From positions 28,949,818-28,988,997 of the forward strand of contig NC_068986.1 of assembly GCF_001194135.2 (NCBI RefSeq): a stretch of DNA of 39,180 bases, written 5' to 3'. Of this stretch, positions 23,555-35,024 are shown in pieces. Source of the stretch: Octopus bimaculoides. Its lineage: Eukaryota. How positions within the stretch are numbered: the stretch's first letter is position 1; each line of letters starts with the position of its first letter. A program made the position numbers and the translations under genes. The notes beneath the pieces are model-generated. The model had not been told where the DNA came from and did not search any database. It saw only the letters and a list, made by a program, of their open reading frames with translations.

Positions 23555-23714
23555 CTGCAACTGGTGCGTTGCGAGACGATGCTAGGTGTGCCGCAGTGTA
23601 ACCTGAATATAATTTTTGCCCTGTATTTTTAGTTATATTTTTAGTTCAGGTGTGCTGCCAAATTTTGAAAAGAATATAAGTGTACCGCAAGTGAAAAAGG
23701 GTTCCTGAGCACTG
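23555..23714 (+). mobile_element. hAT/Charlie-like MITE, right portion
   Basis: Internal GGTGTGCCGC repeats; terminus GTGAAAAAGGGTTCCTGAGCACTG followed by ATCTAGTT (NTCTAGAN-like TSD). Confidence 0.55.
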
Positions 23715-24030
23715 ATCTAGTTACCCCCCCCCCTTGGCTTTCAGAGTGTCAGATCTATGGATGTGTCAACTTTGTCATTCACAAAAACACAGCCCATAAA
23801 ATAGCAATGAATAAAATATTTTGGGTGAAGACAACGCATGTGATCGACTACACTCGGCATTAGAATATGTGATTTTGTATCTACGTTAAATACTATTATT
23901 CTTTTATTTCTACATTTCTATTTTTCGCACATCTAAGCCGTAAAAATTACGATGCAGCATACAGAGGATACATAAAAATAATATGTATCGTAATAATAGC
24001 AATATATTTGTGTGATTAAATAATATATAT

Positions 24031-24246
24031 TTATTTCTACTATAGGCACATGGTCTAAAGTTCCAGGGGAGGGATTGAGTCAATTACATCGACTCTAGGG
24101 CTTAACTGGTACTTATTTTATCGACACCGAAAGGATGAAAGACAAAGTTGACTTCGGCAGAATTTGAACCCCACAACGAAAAAAACAGACGAAATGTCGC
24201 TAAGCATTTCTCCCGGCGTGCTAACAATTCTGCCAGCTCGTCGCCT
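24031..24246 (-). mobile_element. Near full-length SINE A, A1 tail
   Basis: Reverse complement of head (GGCGACGAGCTGGCAGAATTGTTAGCACGCCGGG), core and tail. Confidence 0.9.
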
Positions 24247-24257
24247 TTTAAATAGTA

Positions 24258-24780
24258 ATATATAATATTGTTGTGGAATGTATCATGGATTATCTAACTT
24301 TAATTCTTGGTAAATCATCGTAGCTGTCTATGTGTCTCTAATTTCTAATTAGTAAACCATAATCATTTTCCGAAGATATATCCCCTAAGTGACATTCGGT
24401 GAAGAAATATTACAACCCTGATCAATTAGTGGACTATCTACAAAACTCAGCAAACCATATTCTGGTGATGGTATTTAAATACTCCGACACACGCATAGAA
24501 ACTCGGACCATATCAAAATAGCTTGTACATAAAGAAACACTATGGAGACTGTCAATGAGATTTTGCTCACACACACTCACACACGTGTGGTTTCTTATCT
24601 CTTCCTCCTCTAGCTCTAGTTACTAGATTCTAGTACAACGACCTCTTTAATTCTACATCAGCAAGCTGCATAACCCACCACCCAAGTCAACTTCACAACC
24701 ATATCTCCAAGTCGTTGTTTCTCATATGTCACGCATCTCATATTTCGCAATATAAAAATACTTTGCCTAATAATTCTTTC
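24258..24780 (+). mobile_element. Possible decayed solo-LTR-like sequence
   Basis: Starts TGTTGTGGAAT, with a TATA-like GTATTTAAATA and a downstream AATATAAA. No second LTR or internal ORF. Confidence 0.2.
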
Positions 24781-24957
24781 TCCTAACTACAAATGCCTAG
24801 CATTATTTTCTAAAGCATATCTTTTTTTCTAATAGACGTCCTCCTAAAAAACTTTAAACTAAATTATAAGCACATAGATCTTTTGGAGTTCTATGTGATT
24901 TTGGGGAGGTTGTGGAGCGCCAAAAGGGTTCGTCTGCGCTCCAACTCCTCCTTCCAA

Positions 24958-24992
<35 letters not shown>

Positions 24993-25654
24993 TTATATAA
25001 ATAAGGATAGAATAGTTATTTAAAATACCAATCTTATCAGGTGGCCAGCATGGGAATAAAAACCTCAAAGGTAATAATGATCATTAAAATTATAATTAAG
25101 GGTATCTAAGAGATACCACCATGCTAGATATAGCAACCAAAACTTGACTCTAAAACCACATTAAATGTTCATAGATCACCAGGAGCTGCATGAACAGCTG
25201 GAGGAGGTGTCTCATCACACCCTATTTAAGTTACCGAACGGTTTCATGCTACAGAACTATCCTATTTTAGAGACGCAAATTTATATCATCGCATATACAC
25301 TTCAGTGGAGTGAATCCTTTGCCTCCGTACTGTATTGACGTAAATAAAATGCTTAACTGAACATTGTACAATTCACATTAACTTGATCATAAATCCTTAA
25401 TAGCTCTTGTTGTCTAATAATAAATATAATACATGGTGTAGCTATAATGAACACTTTTGATCTTAGGATTTTGTAAACATTGTTTTACGGTTTATTTCTG
25501 TTATAATTTTACTGATTACTGACAAAGTAAAGTTTCTTCTTTACATCTATCTATCTAACTATCTATCTGTGATACACGATCCCTATTGATCGCTTTTTTT
25601 TTCTCGATCCCTTTTGATCGACATACCCCTATTTTTTTTCCTTCCCCCTCCCAA

Positions 25655-25720
25655 AAAGAAAAGCTCTACATTGTATCTGTCCCATCTTTGTTGAGCCCTG
25701 TGTGGCTAATAAAAGAAATG

Positions 25721-25725
<5 letters not shown>
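25655..25725 (+). mobile_element. Isolated 3' tail related to SINE A2 and to the 21200 LINE end
   Basis: TTGTATCTGTCCCATCTTTGTTGAGCCCTGTGTGGCTAATAAAAGAAATG followed by (TATC)n. Confidence 0.5.
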
Positions 25726-25783
<58 letters not shown>

Positions 25784-26112
25784 TTATTTATTTATCTATC
25801 TATCTATATATATCTATCTCTGTGTGTGTATGTATATATAAATATATTTACCTGTCTATCTGTCACGGTGTCTGTCTATCTATCCCTGTTCATATATGTA
25901 TATATGATTCTATTTTAATGGTATTCAGTTGTAGTTCTTTTGTTGTTACAAACGTGGTTTGTTGTTACTTATTATATAGAGCTATATGAATATGTATGTC
26001 TATGTACACACGAATGTAAATATATATATATATGTATACATATATATTTTATATTAGATTAGGTGTATAAAATTGTATAGATATATACACAAAAATGCGT
26101 ATTTGTGTGTGT

Positions 26113-26185
<73 letters not shown>

Positions 26186-26552
26186 CAGATAGAGAAGGAG
26201 AGTGAGAGAGAGAGATACATATCTTTCAATCCCATGTTATAATTATGTATATAATTCTTGTAATAATTTAAAATATACATATATACGTATATCAATAGAG
26301 GTCACAAAAGCGATAGGGGGTACCGACTAGCACCACTTTTGCTAAAGATAAGAGTTAATCTAACTCAAAACCACAAACGTACTGTCTTATGTAACTGACA
26401 AGGGGAGGTAAGTCCCCAGCGTACATAGCCGGATCGCGATTTCGGATTTTGATGTCAACCATCTTAATCCTCATTAGCGGTTCTTAGTGCCAAGAGTTCA
26501 ACTCAACTACCTCTGTTAGTCTTATAAGAAAAAAACTGCTATATGCATCTAT

Positions 26553-26947
26553 TAATTCTTTTATTCTTTTACTTGTTTCAGTCATTTGACTGCGGCAATG
26601 CTGGAGCACCACCTTTTAGTCGAGAAAATCGACCCTAGGACTTATTCTTTGTAAGCCTGGTACTTATCCTATCGGGTTACTTTTTGCTGAACCTCTAGTT
26701 TACGGGGGACGTAAACACACCAGCATCGCATGTCAAGCGATGTTGGTGGGGACAAACACAGACACACAAACATATAGATACATACATATATACCACGGGC
26801 TTCTTTCAGTTTTCGTTTACCAAATCCACTCACAAGGCTTTCGTCGGCCCGAGGCTATAGTAGAAGACACTTGCCCAAGGTGCTACGCAGTGGGACTGAA
26901 CCTGGAACCATGTGGTTGGTAAGCAAGCTACTTACCACACAGTCACT
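26553..26947 (-). mobile_element. Full-length SINE B
   Basis: Minus strand: A-box-like TGACTGTGTGGT, B-box-like GGTTCAGTCCC, CORE-like ACCTTGGGCAAGTGTCTT, internal AT/GT repeat, 3' GGTGCTCCAGCATTGCCGCAGTC...AAACAAGTAAAAGAATAAAAGAAT. Confidence 0.92.
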
Positions 26948-27489
26948 AAATATATATGTATATATACATTCATGCATATATATTCGTACATTTGTGTATA
27001 TGTATATATATACATATGTCTGTAAGTATGTATAAAGTATGTATGTATGTATGTGTGTATGTATGTATGTATGTATGTATGTATGTATGTATCAAGTAAG
27101 GTAATGAAACTTAAAGTATATTGTCGTTCGAGTTTACTTTTAGATATTAATGATTTTCTGTGATTTTAATAATATATCAATTAGAACTAAACGGTAAATA
27201 TAGTTTAACATAAAATGAGGTACTACATTTTATCTATTTTTATTTTCACTTTATATATTTGCACCATTAATTTTACACTATACTCTTCTCCCTCTATCAC
27301 ACACCAACACAGTGCCCCTAATATGAAGATTCGTATATAAACGCATTCATACAACACTAAATTCAAAAGTTTCTGCATAGATTTATGTGGCAATGTTTAA
27401 TAGACATTCCTTTAAGCTTGTTGTGCTCACAGACCCAATGTTAAGCTATGTGATTCAGGGTACAGTGGAACGGAGAACATTTCGACTTG

Positions 27490-27540
27490 TTTCTTATTTC
27501 TTTATTGCCCACAAGGGGCTAAACATAAAGGGGACAAACA
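27490..27540 (-). mobile_element. SINE A2 tail fragment
   Basis: TTCTTATTTCTTTATTGCCCACAAGGGGCTAAACATAAAGGGGACAAACA is the reverse complement of the A2 tail. Confidence 0.8.
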
Positions 27541-27659
27541 TCCTCTGCACGTCCATATATTTGTGTGTGCGCGTATGTGTTTGTGTGTGTGTATTGTGTG
27601 CATGGACACATGAGCGTAGTAAGATTGAATGTACGAATATAAATAAATCTGCTTTAAAG

Positions 27660-27850
27660 ATGGCAGAAGACTGGCGAATTTATAAGACCGTCGGGCGAAA
27701 TGTTTTGCGTTATTGGTTTACGTTCTGAAATCCAATTCTACCGAGGTCACCTTTCCCATTCATCCTTCAAGGTGTCGATGAAATAAAGCACCATTAAAAT
27801 CCTGAATATACTGTCCTTTCGCCGAAATTTGAGTCCTTGTATCAGCTATA
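27660..27850 (+). mobile_element. Degraded SINE A
   Basis: GGGCGAAATGTTTTGCG...ACGTTCTGA...CCGAGGTCACCTTTCCCATTCATCCTTC...GTCGATGAAATAAAGCACC. Confidence 0.65.
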
Positions 27851-28429
27851 CAATGAATCCATAATCAAAAGTAAATGAAATAGTTTCAATGAAGCATAGA
27901 AACCGTACCATTTCAGTGAGGATTTTAACATACATGCAGTCGATGCCTTACACATATAATGCAATCATCAAGGTCCTAGAAGAACAAAAAAATGAAGGAT
28001 TGAGAGGGAAGGAAAAGGGAAGAGTAAATGCAGAAAACGTGTTTGGTAAGCCGTTCTGTAATTTGGTTGTTTCTTGTTGGGAATTACAGGTTCGATGGAA
28101 TCTGGTTAATTGATTAGCAATCTCTGGTGAAGAGGAATGGTAGAATCAGGCAAATGGAATCAAAGAATTAAATAAAGTTAAATTGAAAAAGAAACTAAAA
28201 AAAAAGTGGGGGAGCGAAAGAGAAAGAGAGAGAGACTGAAATCAAGGAAATTAACTTTAAAAAAAAGTACAACTACAGTTACAGAAAAGCAGTAACAATT
28301 TTGAACATCAGTAGTAAAATTTAAAAAAACAATAATAAATCAGAAATAAATAAACAAAATAATTATCCTCTTCCCCTGAAGATTTAGGCAACAGTAGCAC
28401 CATTAAAAACAACAATAACAATAAAAATG

Positions 28430-28486
28430 ATGATTACGATGATGATGATATTGATTATGATGATGATGATGATGGCTATGATGATA

Positions 28487-28518
<32 letters not shown>

Positions 28519-28752
28519 CATCATCATCATCATCATCATCATCCTCATCATCATCATCATCATCATCATCATGACGATAAAAGACTGGCAAAAGCAACAG
28601 CAACGGCAACAATCAGAGCAACAGTAACTATGTTTTAGAACTACAGAGAAAGTAGCTACAACAACAACAAATGCGAGCAACAAATGCAAGCAGCCTGGGT
28701 GGGCAATTCCAACAACGACAACACCCGACTCCTCCTCCTCCTCCTCCTCCTC

Positions 28753-28834
<82 letters not shown>

Positions 28835-29006
28835 CACCACCNNNNNNNNNNNNNNNNNNNNNNNNNNNNNNNNNNNNNNNNNNNNNNNNNNNNNNNNNNN
28901 NNNNNNNNNNNNNNNNNNNNNNNNNNNNNNNNNNNNNNNNNNNNNNNNNNNNNNNACCAAAACCACCACCACTACAACCACCACCACCGCCAAAACCACC
29001 ACCAGC

Positions 29007-29041
<35 letters not shown>

Positions 29042-29051
29042 CACTACCCTA

Positions 29052-29101
<50 letters not shown>

Positions 29102-29115
29102 AACTACTACTACTA
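28430..29115. repeat. Compound microsatellite field: (GAT)n(CAT)n, then CCT>ACT>AAT>ACC>ACT
   Basis: Directly visible. Confidence 0.95.
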
Positions 29116-29499
29116 ACAAGCCCAACAAACATTAGCAGCAACAATAACAGCAGCAAAAGGAACCGGAAAAAAATTAACAGCAGCAATAACAACGACAGCA
29201 ACAAGTAACATCCCTAAAAAATATTGAAAATTATAAAATGATAAACCAACAGCAAACATCGACATCAACCAAAATAATAAAAGACCAATGATTAACAACA
29301 ATGTCAACATCAACAACATCACCTACACAATTGGTAGAAACGGTGCCGACAAAAGCAACGAACGACGGTAACCAATAATAACAACAACAACATACAACAT
29401 ACAACAACAGCAAAAATCTGTAACAACAGCAACATCGTAATCGACTATTACAACAATACAAACGACCGACAGAAGACTTTTAATGTAACGAAGACTGCA

Positions 29500-29630
29500 T
29501 AAAGATGGCGGCTTAAAAGACCAACTACATTTCGCGGTCGTTAGAAAAGATTTTGTTCCATTGACTCGGAACACATGCGAATAAATTGATGGCAAGGAAT
29601 TGGCACGTTATCGATTTCAATGACGTCCAA
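29500..29630. promoter_or_regulatory. Candidate promoter-like island (YY1 motif, Staf/ZNF143-like motif, CRE-like motif)
   Basis: AAGATGGCGGC at 29502-29512, ACTACATTTCGCG at 29524-29536, TGACGTC at 29621-29627. The sequence is unique and CpG-containing amid microsatellites. Confidence 0.3.
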
Positions 29631-30419
29631 GGGATCGATCTATCAAATGAACACACTACAAACTGTTCTGTCAACCAATTTTTATTTTATTCTTTTTTTT
29701 TTATTTTTAACCTCTCACATCTCATCCACTTTAAGCTATTTGTTTCCAGGTTCCTTGGTCTAATTGTTTTTTTTTGTTTTTACCTTTTATTTTTTATTTT
29801 TGCCTTTTTTTTTTTTGGTTTCCGTTTCTTTGTCTCATCCTCCTTTAACTCTAACATTTTTGAATACTCCACTCCCCCTCTCCCTCTCTCAAGCTCACTT
29901 TCACCCTCTCTTTCTTCATATATATNNNNNNNNNNNNNNNNNNNNNNNNNNNNNNNNNNNNNNNNNNNNNNNNNNNNNNNNNNNNNNNNNNNNNNNNNNN
30001 NNNNNNNNNNNNNNNNNNNNNNNNNNNNNNNNNNNNNNNNNNNNNNNNNNNNNNNNNNNNNNNNNNNNNNNNNNNNNNNNNNNNNNNNNNNNNNNNNNNN
30101 NNNNNNNNNNNNNNNNNNNNNNNNNNNNNNNNNNNNNNNNNNNNNNNNNNNNNNNNNNNNNNNNNNNNNNNNNNNNNNNNNNNNNNNNNNNNNNNNNNNN
30201 NNNNNNNNNNNNNNNNNNNNNNNNNNNNNNNNNNNNNNNNNNNNNNNNNNNNNNNNNNNNNNNNNNNNNNNNNNNNNNNNNNNNNNNNNNNNNNNNNNNN
30301 NNNNNNNNNNNNNNNNNNNNNNNNNNNNNNNNNNNNNNNNNNNNNNNNNNNNNNNNNNNNNNNNNNNNNNACTCAAATCCGTTTCGTTTATCATTTGATT
30401 TTATCGTGCGTCTATATGT

Positions 30420-30491
30420 GTGTATGAGTGAGTGACTGAATGTGTCAGTGAGTGAGTGTATGTGTGTGTGTGTGTGTGAGTGTGTGTGTAT

Positions 30492-30531
<40 letters not shown>

Positions 30532-31200
30532 TTGAGAGAAAAAAAGGGAAGAAAGAACGAGCGGTTATATGTGGTCGTTGGTTATGTGTTAGCATTTACG
30601 TAGAAAAGCATTCGTGTGTATTTGTACGTTTAGGTGAGTACATGTGTGCGTTAAGCTGCGCGCCATGCGTGAATGTGTGCTTGTATGCATGTGTGAGAGA
30701 GCGAGAGCATATTTGTACCCGTATGTGTATGTGTATAAACCTTAATGTGTGCGTGTGGGCGCGTAGTCATGTGCTTTTTTAATGTAAAGATAAAAGTTCT
30801 CTACTGAAATCATCACATTTGATAATTGAACATCTGCTCTCTCTCCCTCTCTCTCTCTCTCTCTCCCCCTCTCTCTCTCTCTCTCTCTCTCTTTCTTTCT
30901 CTCTCTCTCTAAATCTACCTCCCTCCTTCTCTTTCTCCTCTTTATCCCTCCTTCTCTCTTTCCCTTTCTCTTTCTATATCCCTTTCTCTAACTACCCCTC
31001 TTACTTTTCGGCTCTCACTGCTTCTCCCTTGCATACTTTTCTCCTCCATTTTCTTTTCTCTTTCATTCCCAATAACTTTCTTCATTTTCTCACTCCTCTC
31101 TCTCCCTCTCTCTTTCCTTCTCTCTTTAATTTTCTTCCTCTCTATCTCTTTCTATCTCTACCTCTCAGTCACTCATTTCGCCATTCTTTTCCCTTCCAGT
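30420..31200 (+). repeat. (TG)n-rich then (CT)n-rich low-complexity tract
   Basis: Directly visible. Confidence 0.85.
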
Positions 31201-31239
31201 TAAGGGACGATGAAATTACCTACAAATTTATCTAAAAGT

Positions 31240-31990
31240 AATTATCATCGCCGAAGAAGCCGGAAGACTGACACAGCCGTTCACGCGTCGGTATTCATTC
31301 CAACTCTTTTACATTCTTTGTTCAAATCCTACCGAGGTTAACTTTGCCTTTCATCCCTCCTGGGACGCTAAAATAAGCATGAATCAAATACTGGGGGCAA
31401 TGACAGCGGCTAATCTCCTTCCCCAAATTTCAACCCTCTAGAATAGGCCTGAAATTTGGGGTAGGAGAATATCCTTTACCTAGGCGGTGGATTGTTAGAA
31501 TCATTGTTAGAATCATTAGCCTTGACGTATTTCTGCTGGCCTTTTACGTTCTGAGTTCAAATCCCGCTGAGATGAAGTATGCCCTTCGTTCTTTCGAGGC
31601 CGATATAATTAAGTGCCAATCAAATACTGGAATCGAGGGGTATCAACTAACAGCCTACCCAACTCATCTATCAAGCTTTGTGCTTATATTACAACTAATT
31701 ATTTTTTTATTCACCCGCTGCGAGTTAACGAATTGGCGGAGTCGTTGGAGTATCAGATTAAGTACTCTGTGGGTATTTCTTTCTCTTTACATTCAAAGAT
31801 CAAATCCCACAGCGATCAGTTTATTGGTTTTTTTCTTTTCGTTCTTTGAGATTGGTAAAATGTTATACCACTCACATGATGGAGTCAGCGCTATTGACTA
31901 AAAAATTGACCTCAACCTTCTAATAGGAACTTAAGGGTGGCGGATTATCAAAATTGTTAGAGTGTCGGAATGTTGTTCAGCACCAGATCG
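31240..31990 (+). mobile_element. Cluster of three to four old SINE A copies
   Basis: TTCAAATCCTACCGAGGTTAACTTTGCCTTTCATCC (~31320), ACGTTCTGAGTTCAAATCCCGCTGAG (~31545), head-like TTGGCGGAGTCGTTGG (~31733) and GGGTGGCGGATTATCAAAATTGTTAG (~31935). Confidence 0.65.
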
Positions 31991-32261
31991 AATCCGAACC
32001 GTGAAAGTTAAAATCAAAATCATAATCAAACCTCTACCGATCGTTGTCAGCCTCTGATTTTAGAGGTATCTGGAACAATACCCAATGTGTTCTTCATTCT
32101 TAGGTAATTTTGAGAGATATTTAGCAGTTATTTCTAGCATAGCTGAGGGTCGCGGGTTGAGGTCCCTCAGGTTGGGGTGGGGAGTGCATATATATTTAAT
32201 GGCAGTGCCCCCAGAACGGCCGCAGTCTCTCGCTGAGACCGATAATAGACTGATAGGATAT

Positions 32262-32719
32262 CGGTTTCAAATTTTGGCACAAGGCCAGCAATTTCAGGGA
32301 AAGGCGTAAGTCGACCACATTGACCACAGTGCTCAACTGATACTTATTTTATCGATTCCCGAAAGGATGAAAGGCAAAGTCGACCTTAACGGAGTTTGAA
32401 CTCAGAACTTCAAGACGAACGAAATGCCGCTAAGCATTTTTGTCCGGCGTACTAACCATTCTGTCAACTCATCACCTTGAGAATAATATTATATTCTTTT
32501 CTACTCTAGGCATAAGGCCCTAAATAATGGAGGGAGGGGCCAGTCGATTAGATCGACCCCAGTATGCAACTGGTACTTAATTTATCGAACCCGAAAGGAC
32601 GAAAGGCAAAGTCGACCTCAGCGGTGTTTGAACTCAGAACTTCAAGACGAACGAAATGCCGCTAAGCATTTTGTCCGGCGCACTAACGATTCTGCCAGCT
32701 CATCACCTTGAGAATAATA
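32262..32719 (-). mobile_element. Two tandem SINE A copies with different tails
   Basis: Core GAAAGGA(T/C)GAAAGGCAAAGTCGACC occurs twice; period about 232 bp. Confidence 0.9.
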
Positions 32720-33000
32720 CGATATTGAATGACCGCATTGGTGACTCCTTTCTCGGTTCGATTGAAAGCTAGTTAAGTACTTGGATCGATATCAATTGAT
32801 TATCGCTGTCTACTCTTAAATACGTGACATTCTGTTAAACTTAGAAATCAATATCTAATGAGCTCGATCAGCATCGTAGAGCAGCTTGAGGTAAATCTAC
32901 AACTTACCGAGTTTGCGGTGCAGTTTCAATACCTGACTGATGATATTTAACTTCACTTACTTTGAATATGTTCTTAGGTTAGTTTAAATATCATAGATAC

Positions 33001-33200
33001 AGGCATGGCAGGCCATGTGGTAAGAAGTTTGTTTTCCAATCACACAGTTTCGGGTTCAGTCCCACTGCAACTTGAGCAAGTGTTTTCTAGTATATCCCTG
33101 TGCTGATCAAAGCCTTGTGAAACTATTTTGTGGACAGAAACTTAAAGAAACACATCATGTGTGTGTGTGTGTGTGTGTATGTACCCTTCCCCCTGCCCAC
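33001..33200 (+). mobile_element. SINE B 5' half, degraded
   Basis: GTGGTAAGAAGTTTGTTTTCCAATCACACAGTTTCGGGTTCAGTCCCACTGC...CAAAGCCTTGTGA. Confidence 0.8.
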
Positions 33201-33410
33201 CACCAAGTATCCGGCTATGATAACTTTTGGATAAATAAAGGGTTTTTAAACCCAATATATACACGCCATCATTTATCGCTTTTACTTTTTTCCATTACTA
33301 AAAGCTAATCAGATAGATAGATAGATAGATAGATATGAACAGGAAGTGAATGGTTTAATGGTTTTGTCACAAGGGAGAAGGGCATCGCTAAAACTTTTCA
33401 TGCAGAATAT

Positions 33411-33795
33411 TGTTGTTGTTGGCACTCCGTCGCTTACGACGTCGAGAGTTCCAGTTGATCCGATCAACGGAACAGCCTGCTCGTGAAATTAACGTGCAAG
33501 TGGCTGAGCACTCAACAGACACGTGTACCCTTAATGTAGTTCTCGGGGATATTCAGCGTGACACAGTGTGACAAGGCTGACCCTTTGAATTACAGGCACA
33601 ACAGAAACAGGAAGTAAGAGTGAGAGAAAGTTGTGGTGAAAGAGTACAGCAGGGTTCGCCACCATCACCTGCCGGAGCCTCGTGGAGCTTTAGGTGTTTT
33701 CGCTCAATAAACACTCACAACGCCCGGTCTGGGAATCGAAACCGCGATCCTATGACCACGAGTCTGCTGCCCTAACCACTGGGCCATTGCGCTTC
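33411..33795 (-). mobile_element. Full-length SINE family C with tRNA-like head, (CAA)n tail and 12-bp TSD
   Basis: TSD CATGCAGAATAT at 33399-33410 and 33796-33807. Minus-strand A-box TGGCCCAGTGG and B-box-like GTTTCGATTCC. Confidence 0.93.
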
Positions 33796-34540
33796 CATGC
33801 AGAATATAGGAAACTGGAAAATGAACGAAAACAAAAAATAATAAGGAGGCATTTTAGTTCGAAAGTCTAGTTTGAATACTCTCACCAGAGAATGGACTTC
33901 GTTAAAAGCCCCTTGGTGACCACTGTCTGTTTGACATTATAATAATATCGGCTATCATTTGTAGTAGTGTTCCACCGTAATCTTATTAATAACCCTTAAA
34001 GCTGTTTGCTTAGGACGTGATATCTATAAAGCATGTGAAATACAATCTTTCTTTGATTCTAAGTCTAATGATATCAACATAATTTTTTTTGTTTTAGTTT
34101 TATTTAATTTTGATATTTATTTTATTGTATTTCATTGCGTTTTATTTCATTTCTCAATTTACCAGACGATCAAAATCGACACCACTCGAATAAATAACTT
34201 GAATAGTTGAGTGCAAGGGCATAGGATTAGGAGCTCATTAATAGCTATATTCATATGTTTATATATTTATTCGGAGAATTTTATCTTGAAAATAAACTAC
34301 GAATTTCTTTCGTTAATTGTGTCGCACGGTTGGCGTTGAGAAAGCGAAAGGGGAGGAGGGGGAGGAGTAAGCAGCGAGAAAGAACAGACGGCGTGGAAAG
34401 CATGCGCAGAGGTTATTAAAGACAGGAAATGCGACCTAACTTTCTCCCTTTTTTTTCCTCTGTCTCCATCTGCCTTTTTTCATCCCCGTACGCGTATGCG
34501 TATCTGTATTTATGAAAGTATGTTTCACATACATACATAC

Positions 34541-34810
34541 AGGCCTACGAGTGGCTGTGTGGTAAGAAGATTGCTTCCCAACCACATGGTTCCGCGTTCA
34601 GTCCCACTGCAAGCGTCTTCTTCTATAGGCTCGGACCGACCAAACCTTGTGAGTAGATTTGATAGACGGAAACTGAAAGAAACCCGTCGTATATACATAT
34701 AAATGTGTGTGTGGTTGTGTTTGTGCGTCTGTGTTTGCCCCTTACCACCATCGCTTGACAACCGATGTTGACGTGTTTACGCCCCCGTAACATAGCGGTT
34801 CGGCAAAACA
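34541..34810 (+). mobile_element. SINE B, head through body, 3'-truncated
   Basis: GTGGCTGTGTGGTAAGAAGATTGCTTCCCAACCACATGG...ACGGAAACTGAAAGAAACCCG...CGGTTCGGCAAAA. Confidence 0.9.
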
Positions 34811-34813
34811 GGG

Positions 34814-34933
34814 GAGCTTGAAGCAGTCCAACGCCACTACACTAAAAAGACTGAAACAATGCAGTGTATGATTTATAGGGATAGACTGAGAAAACTACAG
34901 CTCTACTCCTAGGATCGAAGGCGAGACAGATAC
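34814..34933 (+). mobile_element. CR1/L2-type LINE ORF2 C-terminal region, part 1
   Basis: ELEAVQRHYTKKTETMQCMIYRDRLRKLQLYS*DRRRDRY, the LE.VQR...RL..L.LYSLE.RR motif of CR1-group ORF2. Confidence 0.8.
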
Positions 34934-35022
34934 GTGTACCCTTAACGTAGTTCTCGGGGATATTCAGCGTGACACAGTGTGACAAGGCTGACCCTTTGAA
35001 TTACAGGCACAACAGAAACAGG
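34928..35022 (-). mobile_element. Internal fragment of SINE C
   Basis: Near-identical to 33519-33610 (ACGTGTACCCTTAA...TTACAGGCACAACAGAAACAGG). Confidence 0.9.
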
Positions 35023-35024
35023 CG

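Noticed and set aside
24936-24960. CAACTCCTCC similarity to miR-1175-3p
   Set aside because: The seed region does not match; the hairpin is kept only as an unnamed candidate.
33720-33795. tRNA gene (Arg-like) on the minus strand
   Set aside because: It is the head of SINE C: it continues into the SINE body, lacks a proper acceptor stem and is enclosed by a TSD. The same applies to the heads of SINE A and SINE B.
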